DNA of 51,963 nt from a virus (IMGVR_UViG_3300032770_000028:1-51963), one strand, 5' to 3'; positions 27,415 to 37,652 are shown, numbered from the stretch's first letter. Translations and numbers: made by a program. Notes: generated from the letters alone by a model not told the origin.

Positions 27415-28466
27415 CGCGGTTCCGCTGGGGGCCGGAAGACAAGCGCGCCGTGCTGGAGGCGGCGGTTGAACTCGGCAATGACCGCGTGGCGATTGCCCAC
27501 CGCGTGGGCTGCACGTACAAGCAACTGGACAACTTCATTCCCGACATCCGCGACGAGTACAAGGCCGCCATCGACGCGTTCTATGCCCGGCAGCGGGCGT
27601 TACGTGAGGTGCCTGGGGCGCTTCCCCCCGCCGCCAGTGAGCAGACCGTACGCCCGTTTGCCGTGCCTATTCCCGCTCCGGCCCAGCGCCGCGAAGGCGA
27701 GTTGCTGAAAGCTGTAGTGTTCAGCGACTCTCACATACCGTACCAAGATGACGGCGCGCTGGCGTGTGTGGAAGCCGTGATCCAAGATGCCAAACCCGAC
27801 ATCTTGGTACATCTGGGCGACCTCATTGATGCCGGGGAACTCAGCGAGAAATTCCCGGTTGACCCGCGACGGCTTGGTACGCTCCAGCAAGACATTGACT
27901 TTGCCAGAACGAAGTTGCATCAATGGGCGCAACTGGCACCGCAGGCCGAGCGGTGGATTTTGGAAGGCAATCACGAGTCGAGACTTCAACGGGCCATCTG
28001 GCGGCTTCAAGGGCCGGCGCGCGAGATAGCCAGGCTCGATACGTTCTATGAGAAACTGTCGTGGCCTGAACTGTTGCAACTCAAGGACATCGGGTGGAAG
28101 TGGATTGGTTATCGTGAGCAACCGGGCCGGAGCGTGTTACCAAAACTGCTGGTCAAGCATGGCGATATAGTTTCCCAATGGGCCGGGTTCACGGCCAAGC
28201 GCGAGTGGATGGCCAGCGGCCGGAGCGGCATCAGCGGGCACACACATCGGGCGGTCCCGTGGCCCCATACGGACGACAACGGCGTGGCGCGCTGGATTGA
28301 GGACGGGTGTACCTGTCGCTACGATATTCCATGGGCCACGCACACGGACTGGCAGCAGGCTGTAACCATTCTTACGTGGAATGCCGACCGCTATCTGATG
28401 GACGTGGAGATGCCCTTCATCCGTAACGGGCAACTGCTGTGGCGGGACAAGGTGTATGGCCGATAA
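27411..28466 (+). CDS. Calcineurin-like metallophosphoesterase with N-terminal HTH
   Basis: SDSH, GDLID, GNHE, KHGD, GHTH; GTGA overlap. Confidence 0.88.
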   Translation: MTRFRWGPEDKRAVLEAAVELGNDRVAIAHRVGCTYKQLDNFIPDIRDEYKAAIDAFYARQRALREVPGALPPAASEQTVRPFAVPIPAPAQRREGELLKAVVFSDSHIPYQDDGALACVEAVIQDAKPDILVHLGDLIDAGELSEKFPVDPRRLGTLQQDIDFARTKLHQWAQLAPQAERWILEGNHESRLQRAIWRLQGPAREIARLDTFYEKLSWPELLQLKDIGWKWIGYREQPGRSVLPKLLVKHGDIVSQWAGFTAKREWMASGRSGISGHTHRAVPWPHTDDNGVARWIEDGCTCRYDIPWATHTDWQQAVTILTWNADRYLMDVEMPFIRNGQLLWRDKVYGR

Positions 28467-28989
28467 GCTCCCGTTGGTTGAGCGCAAACGCATTGCTCGT
28501 GCCAAGTGGCGCAAGGCGCATCCCGAGCGCTATCGGGAATTGTGGGAACGTTATCGGGCCGAGAATCCAGAGAAGTGCCGTGCTACTGAGGCCAGGTATC
28601 GGCGTGAAAACCGCGAGCGGTGCAACGAAGCAATTCGCCGTTGGCGAGCTGCGCACCCCGATAAGAAGCGCGAGGAGTCTCGGCGTTATGCTCAGGCGCA
28701 TCGAGATCGTCTGCGCTTTGCCGCAGCCAAGCGCAATGCCCTGAAGTTGTCTGCGCCAGGAACACTTACTTGGCAAGACTGGCAGGACATTCTTGCTGCA
28801 TCGTTGGGGTTCTGTACGTATTGTGGGCGACCCAAGAAGCTGACCATGGATCACATTGAGCCGCTATCCCGAGGTGGCTGGCACGATGCCAGCAACATTG
28901 TAGCGGCGTGCCAGAACTGTAATTCATCCAAGAACCAGGCGACGCTTATCGTGTGGCTGGCAAGGCGTAGGAGGAGACAGGTTGCATGA
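28456..28989 (+). CDS. HNH endonuclease
   Basis: CTYC..TMDHIEPLSRGGWHDASNIVAACQNCNSSK. Confidence 0.9.
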   Translation: MADKLPLVERKRIARAKWRKAHPERYRELWERYRAENPEKCRATEARYRRENRERCNEAIRRWRAAHPDKKREESRRYAQAHRDRLRFAAAKRNALKLSAPGTLTWQDWQDILAASLGFCTYCGRPKKLTMDHIEPLSRGGWHDASNIVAACQNCNSSKNQATLIVWLARRRRRQVA

Positions 28990-29351
28990 AACGCAGCGCA
29001 TACAAGACCCTCGGCCAACTCTATGCCGCGTACCACGAAGTCAATCAGTCGCGGTTCGGTATGCTGCTGCCCATGCTGCCCATTTTTATCAATCCCGGCG
29101 TGCGCAAACGCCAGAACTCCGAGGAGCCTGAGATCGCGCATCTCTGGACGGACGACTATACGGGCGCCCCGCGCTACATCGAGTTCTGGGAACACCACGC
29201 CCTGACGGACCACTGGTCATATGTACGGGAGACTTTGCTCCACGAAGTCATCCATGTTTGGCAAGCGGCAACTGGACGCAAGGTTGCCCATGATGCAGTT
29301 TTTCGCCTGATGGCGAAGCGGCTAGGTGTATCGGGGAGGGCCTGCGATTGA
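28986..29351 (+). CDS. SprT-like zinc metalloprotease
   Basis: ETLLHEVIH...HDAVF. Confidence 0.78.
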   Translation: MKRSAYKTLGQLYAAYHEVNQSRFGMLLPMLPIFINPGVRKRQNSEEPEIAHLWTDDYTGAPRYIEFWEHHALTDHWSYVRETLLHEVIHVWQAATGRKVAHDAVFRLMAKRLGVSGRACD

Positions 29352-29989
29352 GCGTGTCAGTCATCATCAATACCGCCGCACTCGGCGCCAAGTCGGGTGA
29401 AGTATTAAGCAGCGGGAAGGTGCCGCACAAGGCGCGGGCCAAGATTCTCCAGCGCGTGTTGCTGCCCCGCGTGTGCGAGAACCCGCTCGTGGATGAGGTG
29501 ATCGTCGCAGGCGAGTGGCACGAGCCGGGACTCGGGGATCGCTGGCGCTACGTGCCCGTGGCGAGCCAGAACTTCGACTGCACGGATGCGCTGGCCGCGC
29601 GGCAGGCCGGGGCCGAGGCTACGTCCTCCACGTTGCTTGTCTTTCTGCACGACGACCACGTGCCCGCCGAGGACTTCTTCGTGAACCTCGTCTCGCATTA
29701 CGGCACCGACGGGCACTGGGACGTACTGGTGCCCGAACGCCACACGTTCCGGGACGAGCTTGATATCCTGCTGAACAATGGCAAGGAGGACGGTTACGTG
29801 ATGGGCCACGCCTGCGTGATGCGGCGCGAGATGTGGAAGGACTGCCCGTGGACGGACGTGCCGCAAGTCTTTACGTGGGACCAGGGGCACACGATCTTGC
29901 TGAAGCACAAGATGGCGGCCATTCGGTGGGTGCGCGATCTCGCAGTCTACGACGCTGAAGTTGCCTTAGGCGCCGAACCTTGGAAGTGA
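29348..29989 (+). CDS. GT-A (GT2-like) glycosyltransferase
   Basis: VSVIINT..DEVIV..ARQAGAEA...LLVFLHDD. Confidence 0.68.
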   Translation: MSVSVIINTAALGAKSGEVLSSGKVPHKARAKILQRVLLPRVCENPLVDEVIVAGEWHEPGLGDRWRYVPVASQNFDCTDALAARQAGAEATSSTLLVFLHDDHVPAEDFFVNLVSHYGTDGHWDVLVPERHTFRDELDILLNNGKEDGYVMGHACVMRREMWKDCPWTDVPQVFTWDQGHTILLKHKMAAIRWVRDLAVYDAEVALGAEPWK

Positions 29990-29993
29990 GACA

Positions 29994-30959
29994 ATGAGAA
30001 TCCTCGTTAGCGGGTCGTGCGGGTTCATTGGGAGCCACGTTGTAGACCGCCTGCTCGCTGCGCATCACGAAGTGCTGGGCGTGGACTGTCTGGAGCCGCG
30101 CGTGCACCCGGAGCAGATGAAGCCCGCGTGGTGGCCCGACTCCGTCGAACTGCGAGTCTGCCATGCCGACGCCATCACCTACACGGACTTGGCCGAGACC
30201 GAGTGCTTGATTCACTTGGCCGCGCAGGTAGGCGTGGCCGACTCGATGGCCGACCCCGACCGCTACATCCGAGGCAACACCGTCGAGACCACGCAGCTCC
30301 TGCGCAACTTGGAGCAGGCGATGGCGCGCGGGAACTTGAAGCGGCTCGTCGTGGCCAGCAGCATGAGCGTGTACGGGGCAGGCGGCCACCTCGTGCCCGA
30401 GTCCGCGCCCTGCGTGCCTGCGTCCGTCTATGGCCTCACCAAGTACGACCAAGAGCGCCTCTGCCTGATGTGGGGCGCGCAGCACCGCGTGGAGACCGTG
30501 GCCCTGCGGTTCTTCAACGTGTACGGGCCCCGGCAAGCGCTCACGAATCCCTACACGGGCGTGCTGGCCAACTTCGCACAGGCGCTCTTGGCGGGGCAGC
30601 CGCCCATCGTCTACGAGGACGGCGGGCAGACGCGGGACTTCGTGTACGTGGCGGACGTGGCGGATGCCGTCGTGCGCACGGCCACGATGGCGGGCCCCAT
30701 CTTCGGGGCGTACAACGTGTGCACGGGTTGGCCAACCAGCATCCTGACCGCCGCCCGCACGCTGGGTCTCGCACTCGGTCGCCCCGACATCGAGCCTCGC
30801 ATCACCAACACGCAGCGCGAAGGCGACATCCGTGACTGCACGGGCTCGCCCGATCTCTTTGCCAAGCGGACGGGCTGGCGCTCGCGCTGGATGTTCCGCA
30901 CGGGCATTGAGGCTTACGCCAGCTGGTTGCTATCCTTCGACCGTTGGTTGATCGCGTGA
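29994..30959 (+). CDS. NAD-dependent nucleotide-sugar epimerase/dehydratase (extended SDR)
   Basis: SGSCGFIG, ASSMSVYG, YGLTK, RFFNVYGP, NPYTGV, RDFVYV. Confidence 0.92.
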   Translation: MRILVSGSCGFIGSHVVDRLLAAHHEVLGVDCLEPRVHPEQMKPAWWPDSVELRVCHADAITYTDLAETECLIHLAAQVGVADSMADPDRYIRGNTVETTQLLRNLEQAMARGNLKRLVVASSMSVYGAGGHLVPESAPCVPASVYGLTKYDQERLCLMWGAQHRVETVALRFFNVYGPRQALTNPYTGVLANFAQALLAGQPPIVYEDGGQTRDFVYVADVADAVVRTATMAGPIFGAYNVCTGWPTSILTAARTLGLALGRPDIEPRITNTQREGDIRDCTGSPDLFAKRTGWRSRWMFRTGIEAYASWLLSFDRWLIA

Positions 30960-31096
30960 CGGTCGCCGCGCGCAAGGCATTAGCCGACTTGGACGAAGCC
31001 CTGCTGCGCTCGCCCCTCAAGAGCGTGGCCGGGCACTGGGCACTGGTACTCATCCGGTTCGAGCGATTGGAGCAGGCGCTCCGGGGGAATCCGTGA
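30956..31096 (+). CDS. 46-aa hypothetical protein
   Basis: GTGA overlaps at both ends. Confidence 0.5.
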   Translation: MTVAARKALADLDEALLRSPLKSVAGHWALVLIRFERLEQALRGNP

Positions 31097-31629
31097 CCGA
31101 CTTGGATGCCTACCGCAGCGGCAGCGCGGAGCCGTGGACCGTGGACGTACTGTGTGCGCTGATTCGGGCGAAGAAACCCCACGTACTGATCGAGACCGGC
31201 ACGTTCGAGGGCCGTACCTCCATCGCCATGTTCCACGCCATGGAAGCCTACGCGAGCCAGCACGGAGCGCTGCTCTGGACGCTGGAGAACGACCGCGAGC
31301 GCATCCTGCGGGCCTTTGAGCGCATCAAGCCCATCACGACCGACACCTATAGCGGCGTGAATCTGATCGAGTGCGATGCATTGGAATGGCTGCGCGGTCG
31401 CCCGGACAATTTCTGCGACTTCGTGTTTCTGGATGACGACCACACGGCAGCTCACGTAGGGCTGGAACTGGACGAGTGCCTGCGCATCGTCCGGCCCGGC
31501 GGGCTCATCTGCGGGCACGACGTGGTGGGGCCATTCGGACTCGACATTGAGTTCAAGAAGCGCGGGGGCGTGGTGCTGGAGTTCGAGCGCCTGCACGCGG
31601 CGGGCGGACTGGGGCTACTGACTAAGTGA
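31093..31629 (+). CDS. Class I SAM-dependent (O-)methyltransferase, Methyltransf_24-like
   Basis: LIETGTFEGRTS..DFVFLDDDH..PGGLICGHD. Confidence 0.85.
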   Translation: MTDLDAYRSGSAEPWTVDVLCALIRAKKPHVLIETGTFEGRTSIAMFHAMEAYASQHGALLWTLENDRERILRAFERIKPITTDTYSGVNLIECDALEWLRGRPDNFCDFVFLDDDHTAAHVGLELDECLRIVRPGGLICGHDVVGPFGLDIEFKKRGGVVLEFERLHAAGGLGLLTK

Positions 31630-32315
31630 GCCGCTTCCTCGCCGTGCCCTTCACGCCCGAACCCGGCGCAAAGCTCAGTTACATCCTCGACCGCCTCGTG
31701 GAACACGACACCATCTGGTCCGACTACCAGAAGGGCCGCCGCGACCTCGCGGGCGCCATGCTCGGCAACCCCTCGAACCTCATCTTCGAGGTGTGGGAAC
31801 TGGGGAAGGACTGGGCCAGCGGGGCCCAGCCGGCGGGCATCATCATGCTCACCGACTTGGTGCCCAACGTAGATGCGCACTGTCATTTCCTGTTCTTCGA
31901 CGGCAAGCTGGACAACAAGGTGCCGCTCCTCTTCAACATGATGGAGTGGGCGTTCGCGAACCTGCGCATCCACCGACTGAGCGCGGAAATCCCGGCCTTT
32001 GCCATCAATCTCATCTACTTTGCCCACAACGTGCTGGGCTTCCGTTACGAAGCCGAAGGCCGTAAATTGAAGGTGCAGGACAAGCGCACCCACGTGCAGG
32101 GCCGCTACCCCGTGAGGGAACGCACCCTGACGGAAGAGCAGGCCATGTGGGGATCGCGGCGCTATCAGGTAGTCCGGTCGCATGGCAAGTGGCACGATCT
32201 GATCTTGCTCAGCTTGACCGAGGACGAGTTCCTCGCGCTCAAGCGACCGGAGACGACCGATGGGTCTGGCACAGATAGGGTCGAGCCTGGGCTTGGGGAG
32301 CCTGCTCAGCACTAA
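31626..32315 (+). CDS. GNAT acetyltransferase-like protein
   Basis: WAFANLRIHRLSAEI..LGFRYE..GKWHDLILLSL; sits before the ejection genes as P22 gp14 does. Confidence 0.7.
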   Translation: MSRFLAVPFTPEPGAKLSYILDRLVEHDTIWSDYQKGRRDLAGAMLGNPSNLIFEVWELGKDWASGAQPAGIIMLTDLVPNVDAHCHFLFFDGKLDNKVPLLFNMMEWAFANLRIHRLSAEIPAFAINLIYFAHNVLGFRYEAEGRKLKVQDKRTHVQGRYPVRERTLTEEQAMWGSRRYQVVRSHGKWHDLILLSLTEDEFLALKRPETTDGSGTDRVEPGLGEPAQH

Positions 32316-32967
32316 GCCTTCCAACACGTATCTGCCGAACTATCCGGGTGCGCAGGGCACCCAGCAATCCATTCTGAACATGCTGATGGGCACGGGGGCG
32401 CAGCCCGGCGGGGGCCTCGGTGTGCTCGGAGGCTTGGCGGGTCTTGGCGGTCCCGGTGCCGGCGCTTTGCAGATGGGCGGCACGGGCATCGGGCAGTACT
32501 CGGCCATGCAGTCGCCCGAGATGCAGGCGCTGAACGTGGCGTTCCCGCAGATCCAGAAGATGCTGACGGGGCAGGTGCCGAGTGGCCTGGATGCCTTGCA
32601 GCCCGTGTTCCAGCAGAATCTCAACACGGCCAGCAACAAACTCACGGCGAACGCCCCCGGCGGGCGCTTCAGTTCCGGCATGTTGCAGGCGCAGGGGCAA
32701 CTGGGCTCGCAGAGCGTGAACGACTTCAACATGCTGGCGAGCCAGATGATCCAGCAGGGGCTCAATCGCCAGTTGCAGGCCGCCTCCACGCTGGGCGGCC
32801 TCGCCGGGCAGGCGGGCAACGCGCAGATGCAAGCGCTCCAAGCCTTGTTCGGCGGCGCGCTAGGCAACACGTTCGGCGGCGCGTACCAGACGCAGCCCAG
32901 CGGGCTCGTCCAGTTGATGCAGATTCTCGCGGGCGGCGCCAAGATCGCTGGCGCAGCGGGAGCGTAA
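32260..32967 (+). CDS. Ejection/internal virion protein (Gly/Gln-rich)
   Basis: Composition and position. Confidence 0.62.
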   Translation: MGLAQIGSSLGLGSLLSTKPSNTYLPNYPGAQGTQQSILNMLMGTGAQPGGGLGVLGGLAGLGGPGAGALQMGGTGIGQYSAMQSPEMQALNVAFPQIQKMLTGQVPSGLDALQPVFQQNLNTASNKLTANAPGGRFSSGMLQAQGQLGSQSVNDFNMLASQMIQQGLNRQLQAASTLGGLAGQAGNAQMQALQALFGGALGNTFGGAYQTQPSGLVQLMQILAGGAKIAGAAGA

Positions 32968-32968
32968 T

Positions 32969-33991
32969 ATGCCCGGCCCCGAAGTCATTCCGGTCGAGGG
33001 TGCGGGCGAGGCCATCGGCAACGCGCTCTCCAGCATTGCCGATGCGATCCAGCGGCACCGCGAGAACCAGCAGGCGCAGCAAGAGGCGGCCATGCGCGCC
33101 TTGCTCCAAGCGGCCCAGTTGCGCAACATCGAGAGCGAGACCACCCAGCGCGGCCAGCAGACGGCCGACGACCGCAAGCGCCAGCAACTCGCTGACAAGC
33201 AGCAGCAGCGCGAGGACGAGATTCGCACGGGCGTGCAGCGATACATGGGCCCGCTGATGATTGCCGTGGCGAAGGGCGCACGGCCCGGCGACAAGGCGTA
33301 CGATGACGCCATCAATCAGGCGTTCACGCACAACGACGATCCCGACATCACGGCGGCGTTTCGGACGGCCGTCGAGAACACGAACAAGATGTTTGCGAGC
33401 GGGGCACAGGCACAAACCGCTCGCACCGAAGCCGCTGTAGGCGGAGCAGAGGCGCCTGCACGCATTGCCGCAGCGGGGGCGCAAACCGCTGCATCGCGCG
33501 CCTTAGACCAATGGTACCAGCAACATCCCAATTCGGGACCGCTAGAAGTATATCTGACACACTTGCGCGCCTCGCTGGAGCGGCGTTCGGCACAAACCGC
33601 TGGAGATGCCCAAGCCGACATGGCCCAGCGCCAGATGATTATTGGGGCCTTTGATGCTGCCCGGCGGGCCAAGGCGGCCGACGACGCCAGACACTTTGTC
33701 AACAACCGGCGTCCGTTGTCGGCTTATTTGGATGAGCAGGCCCAAACGTTTACCGATCCGATCACCCACAAAAACATGACCGGGGCAGAATTGGCCGCGC
33801 AGGCCGGGGTTTTGATACGTGGCATTCCCAAAATTGCTTCTCCCACTGGCAAAATTCCCGACGACGCCGTGAGCGTCCGCCGCATCTTGCCTGCGCTGCG
33901 TCGGGCTGGTTTTGATGATGTGGGAATTGCTAGCCTTCTCAAAGATAACGGCTATTCTCGGGAAGCCCTGCAACGGGCTGGTCTGAAGTAA
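32969..33991 (+). CDS. Ejection/internal virion protein
   Basis: Ala/Gln-rich helical sequence; position. Confidence 0.6.
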   Translation: MPGPEVIPVEGAGEAIGNALSSIADAIQRHRENQQAQQEAAMRALLQAAQLRNIESETTQRGQQTADDRKRQQLADKQQQREDEIRTGVQRYMGPLMIAVAKGARPGDKAYDDAINQAFTHNDDPDITAAFRTAVENTNKMFASGAQAQTARTEAAVGGAEAPARIAAAGAQTAASRALDQWYQQHPNSGPLEVYLTHLRASLERRSAQTAGDAQADMAQRQMIIGAFDAARRAKAADDARHFVNNRRPLSAYLDEQAQTFTDPITHKNMTGAELAAQAGVLIRGIPKIASPTGKIPDDAVSVRRILPALRRAGFDDVGIASLLKDNGYSREALQRAGLK

Positions 33992-33994
33992 CCG

Positions 33995-36900
33995 ATGCCA
34001 GTGTCCAGTGCCGTGACAGGCGGCAGCGTTCTCGATCAGGTCTACGGAACGCCTGCGCGCTCTGCCCTAGACCAAGTGTATGGAAGCCCAGACCCGTTTG
34101 CGTCTCTCCATTCACCCTCTACGCCATTGCCGCCAGGATGGGCGATTGGCGAAAGCCCGTTGGCCGCCCAACTCCACCCCACACCACCTACGGCCCATCG
34201 GGCAATTGAAGGCGCTGCCACTACTGACCAGCCTATCCGACTCTCCGGCACCGCAGGAACCAGCCTGGAGCATCAACTCTTTGGTTCCTTTGAAGGCGTG
34301 GCCCAAACCGTGATGGACTTGCCCGCAATGGCCGAAGGCGCCACCCGGCACTTCGCCCGCCTCGCCGGCTCCAGCGGGCTCCCCGGCGCCAATAACCTCG
34401 GTTACGTGCCCTCCACGCCCGAGGAACTCCAGGACGAGGCCCATGCCCAGACGGCGACCGCCCTAGCCGCCTCCGTGGCCGTAGGAGGCCCGCTCGGGCG
34501 CTTGGCCGAGTCCGTACTGCCCGAGGCCGCGCTCGCAGGTTCTGGAGGCGTCCAGACGCTCCTACGGGGATTGGGGAACGTGGTCAAGGGGTTTGCCCAC
34601 GGGGCCACCATCGGGACCGTGTACGGGGCCCTGCGCCCCACCCGGCCGGATGAGACCCGGCTGGATGCCGTGACGAAGGACGCGCTGGGGTTTGGCGGCT
34701 TTGAGGCGGCGGCCGTGGGACTCATTGGCGCCGCGACCACGCTGGCCCAGCGGCGCTTCCCTTCGCCCACCGCGCAGAATCTTGCACGCGCCTCGGATGC
34801 CGTGTTCCCGCGTGTCACGGAACGCCAAGTCCCGATGTGGGATAACGACGGGATGTATGTGGTGGGCCAGATGCCGGATGGGCGGTTCCGGGCCGTGGGC
34901 GGGACGCGCATCAATACGCCGCGTGGGTTCGGGATAGGGACCACGCCCGCCGAGGCCATTGCCAACGTGAAGGGTTTGCCTGAGACGCCGCACGAGATCC
35001 CGACGGGCACCGTGTCAGAGACGGGCGCGGGCGTCTCGCTTACACCCTTGAATTCCCCGCCCAATCCCGAGTTCACGGGGCTCTTCGGCCGCATGCGCTA
35101 CTTCTCGCAGGTGGCGTTCGGCGATCTGTTTGCGGACGTGCGGAAGGCAGGCTTCGACCGCGCCCATGCCGCGCTCAGTCAGGCCGCCGCGAGCCAGATG
35201 GCCACGGGCTACACGGGCCTGATGGTCAAGGACTTCTCCGGCATCGCGCGGCTGAGTATCGATGACCGCACATTGCTCGGGGACTGGTTCAACGCCCGCG
35301 AGGGCGCGCGGCTGCGCGGCAGGCTCGACGCCCAGATTGCCAGCACCACGGACCCGAACGAACTGACACGACTTCAATCCGCCCGCGAGGCCGTGCGCAT
35401 TCCCGAATTGACGCAGGCCCAGCAACAGCAATTCGCGGCCCGCAGCGCCGCGCTCCAGCCCATCGTCAAGTGGCTAGACGAACGGCTTCAGCCGATGCTC
35501 GAAGCGCACAAGCTCCAGACGGGTCTCTCGCTCGGCCAGTTCCACGCGGCCGATCTGGAAGCACCCGTGCTCTCGCTGGTGCCGAAGTTTGAGACGGCCG
35601 AGGCCACCGAGGCTGCGACCGTCACGGGCGTGCCCGCCGTGCCAGCGGGCGCAGGCTCCATCCCGTCTCGTTATCGCGCGCTCAAGACTTCGGCCGCGCT
35701 GGGCCGCACGGGCACCGGCACGTACGAGAACGACATCTCCACGATGGTGGATAGCTGGCTGCACGACGTGATGCCCAAGACCACGCGCCGGGCCATGATG
35801 GAGGAAATCACCAAGTCGCCCGGCGTCCGGCAACTGGGCGAGCGCGAGCGACCCGATCCCGGCATGGTGACGTTGCCCTTCCAGGCCGCCGACTTGAAGT
35901 CGCTGGGCGCGGACGTGAACGGGCGCTGGCAAGTGCCGCCCGTCTTGAAAAACGCCTACGACAAGCTGGCCACGCGGGACGTGTTCTTCCGCAGCGCAAC
36001 AGGCAACCGGGCCGTGGGGCTCTTGGACTTGGCCACCCAGCTCCAACTGGCGGCGCCCGTGGAGGCAAGCTCGCACGCGTGGCGCATGGTCAGCGGGCTC
36101 GCGGGTGTGCCGGGCGTGGGGAACGAGATCGCCAAGGGTTGGGGGCGCGCCATCAATCTGTTCCCCTCGCTGGGGCCCAAGGGCACGGCCATTGCCTCGA
36201 TGGTGCACGTGGGCAGCGACCCGGCCGCGATGGCGGAAGGCATCTCCTACTTGGCCCGCATTGGTGCCTTGTCGGGCCGCCCGCTGGCCGAGGAGGCCGG
36301 GCAGGGCATGGTGGCTGCCTTGCGGCGCGGCGTGCCACTGCTGGATGCCATGCCCAAGTTCTTGTTCGGCATGCCGCAGTTCGGGCCGGGGCTCGCGGGC
36401 TGGGACACGCGCGTGCGGCTCATGGCGTTGCAGGCAGTGCGGCAGTTCGCCAAGGACGCGGGCCACGACGCCACGGATGCGGAAGTGAGACAATTCGTGA
36501 ACGGAATGGCCGGTACCTACGGCACCCAGATGCAGACCAACACGCTGGCCTTGCTGCGTAAGAGCCGCCTCTGGGCGTTCGGTTCCTACCAGTCCAGCGC
36601 CATTCCCCGCGAGGCCGAGCGGATGGCGGGCCCGTTCCTGCCGGGCGTGAGCGGGGGCACAGGGCTCCCGATGAGCATCTGGGGCAACCTGCCCAAGAGC
36701 CGCCAGCTTCTCTTGCGAGCGGAGACCGCGTGGCGGGGCGTGGTGGGAGATGCCGTGGTAAGATCGGCCATCACGAAAGCTTCGACGGGCTACTGGCCGT
36801 GGGACCCGCAGCACTTGAACTGGGGCGATCCCACGAAGATCGGCATCGGCGCCACCGGGACAGGCGATGACCAGAAGTTCGTCTATGCGCGCGGGAATAT

Positions 36901-37579
36901 GCTGGACCCTGGCATCACGCGGGCCTGGCGCACCACAGGACTCCGCGCTTTGGCCACTGAGACGATGGCGGGCGTGGGACCACTGGCGCAGCGCGTGGCG
37001 CAGGGACTCCAGCAGGCGACCACGGATTTCGGGAACGTCATCCTGGGGATTGCCAGCCCGTGGATACGATTCGCCGGGACGGCGCTCTTGAATACGCAGC
37101 CCTACATGACGCAGCCCGGCGAGTTCCTGCACCCGGCGCCGCTGGGTCTCACGGCGGCCGAGCAGTGGAAGAACCAGATTTCCACGGCGCTCACGCAGGC
37201 GAACCCCATCGTGGGGCAAGCCGAGCAACCAGGCTCGCCTATCCGCGCGATCCAGAACCCGCTCGCGCGCACGGGCGCCTTCCTCGCCAACATCTCGACG
37301 CCCGGCATCTCGATTGGCCCGCCCGCCTCGCAAGTAGCTGGCATGAAAGAGGGCCAGCTTGAACGCCGCGTCCAGGCTTACGTGACGCAGCGCGCCACGG
37401 ACATCCTGAAGGCGCCGTCCGACTCGGCGCACGACGCCATGCTGGATGACGTGACCAATAGCATCGAGAACTCCAGCCTGCCCGATGCCGTCAAGGGGCA
37501 GGCGTTGTCGGAGTTGCGCCGTCAGTTGGCGAGTCGGCCGAAGGCGGCGAGTCGGCGGGCGGCTCGCGCCGCCCCCTGA
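33995..37579 (+). CDS. Large ejection/DNA-transfer protein
   Basis: 1194 aa Ala/Gly-rich, last late gene, as in podoviruses. Confidence 0.65.
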   Translation: MPVSSAVTGGSVLDQVYGTPARSALDQVYGSPDPFASLHSPSTPLPPGWAIGESPLAAQLHPTPPTAHRAIEGAATTDQPIRLSGTAGTSLEHQLFGSFEGVAQTVMDLPAMAEGATRHFARLAGSSGLPGANNLGYVPSTPEELQDEAHAQTATALAASVAVGGPLGRLAESVLPEAALAGSGGVQTLLRGLGNVVKGFAHGATIGTVYGALRPTRPDETRLDAVTKDALGFGGFEAAAVGLIGAATTLAQRRFPSPTAQNLARASDAVFPRVTERQVPMWDNDGMYVVGQMPDGRFRAVGGTRINTPRGFGIGTTPAEAIANVKGLPETPHEIPTGTVSETGAGVSLTPLNSPPNPEFTGLFGRMRYFSQVAFGDLFADVRKAGFDRAHAALSQAAASQMATGYTGLMVKDFSGIARLSIDDRTLLGDWFNAREGARLRGRLDAQIASTTDPNELTRLQSAREAVRIPELTQAQQQQFAARSAALQPIVKWLDERLQPMLEAHKLQTGLSLGQFHAADLEAPVLSLVPKFETAEATEAATVTGVPAVPAGAGSIPSRYRALKTSAALGRTGTGTYENDISTMVDSWLHDVMPKTTRRAMMEEITKSPGVRQLGERERPDPGMVTLPFQAADLKSLGADVNGRWQVPPVLKNAYDKLATRDVFFRSATGNRAVGLLDLATQLQLAAPVEASSHAWRMVSGLAGVPGVGNEIAKGWGRAINLFPSLGPKGTAIASMVHVGSDPAAMAEGISYLARIGALSGRPLAEEAGQGMVAALRRGVPLLDAMPKFLFGMPQFGPGLAGWDTRVRLMALQAVRQFAKDAGHDATDAEVRQFVNGMAGTYGTQMQTNTLALLRKSRLWAFGSYQSSAIPREAERMAGPFLPGVSGGTGLPMSIWGNLPKSRQLLLRAETAWRGVVGDAVVRSAITKASTGYWPWDPQHLNWGDPTKIGIGATGTGDDQKFVYARGNMLDPGITRAWRTTGLRALATETMAGVGPLAQRVAQGLQQATTDFGNVILGIASPWIRFAGTALLNTQPYMTQPGEFLHPAPLGLTAAEQWKNQISTALTQANPIVGQAEQPGSPIRAIQNPLARTGAFLANISTPGISIGPPASQVAGMKEGQLERRVQAYVTQRATDILKAPSDSAHDAMLDDVTNSIENSSLPDAVKGQALSELRRQLASRPKAASRRAARAAP

Positions 37580-37652
37580 GCACTTCCCACGTGCCGAGGC
37601 CCACGCAGAGATAGATCGGCGCCCACAGGATTAATACGGCCCACCACTTCAC
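37491..37652 (-). CDS. 53-aa membrane peptide overlapping the end of the last late gene
   Basis: GTGA coupling to groES; MKWWAVLILWAPIYLCVGLG. Confidence 0.45.
   Translation of the reverse strand: MKWWAVLILWAPIYLCVGLGTWEVLRGRREPPADSPPSADSPTDGATPTTPAP

Noticed and set aside
31626-32315. GNAT as a glycan acetyltransferase
   Set aside because: Its position before the ejection genes matches ordinary podoviral assembly GNAT-like genes; left out of the glycan system, though not excluded
35474-37432. Long opposite-strand ORFs (also 20497-22011, 13346-14539, 4368-5402, 41500-42939, 43595-44752)
   Set aside because: Shadows of well-supported genes in GC-rich DNA, with no motifs
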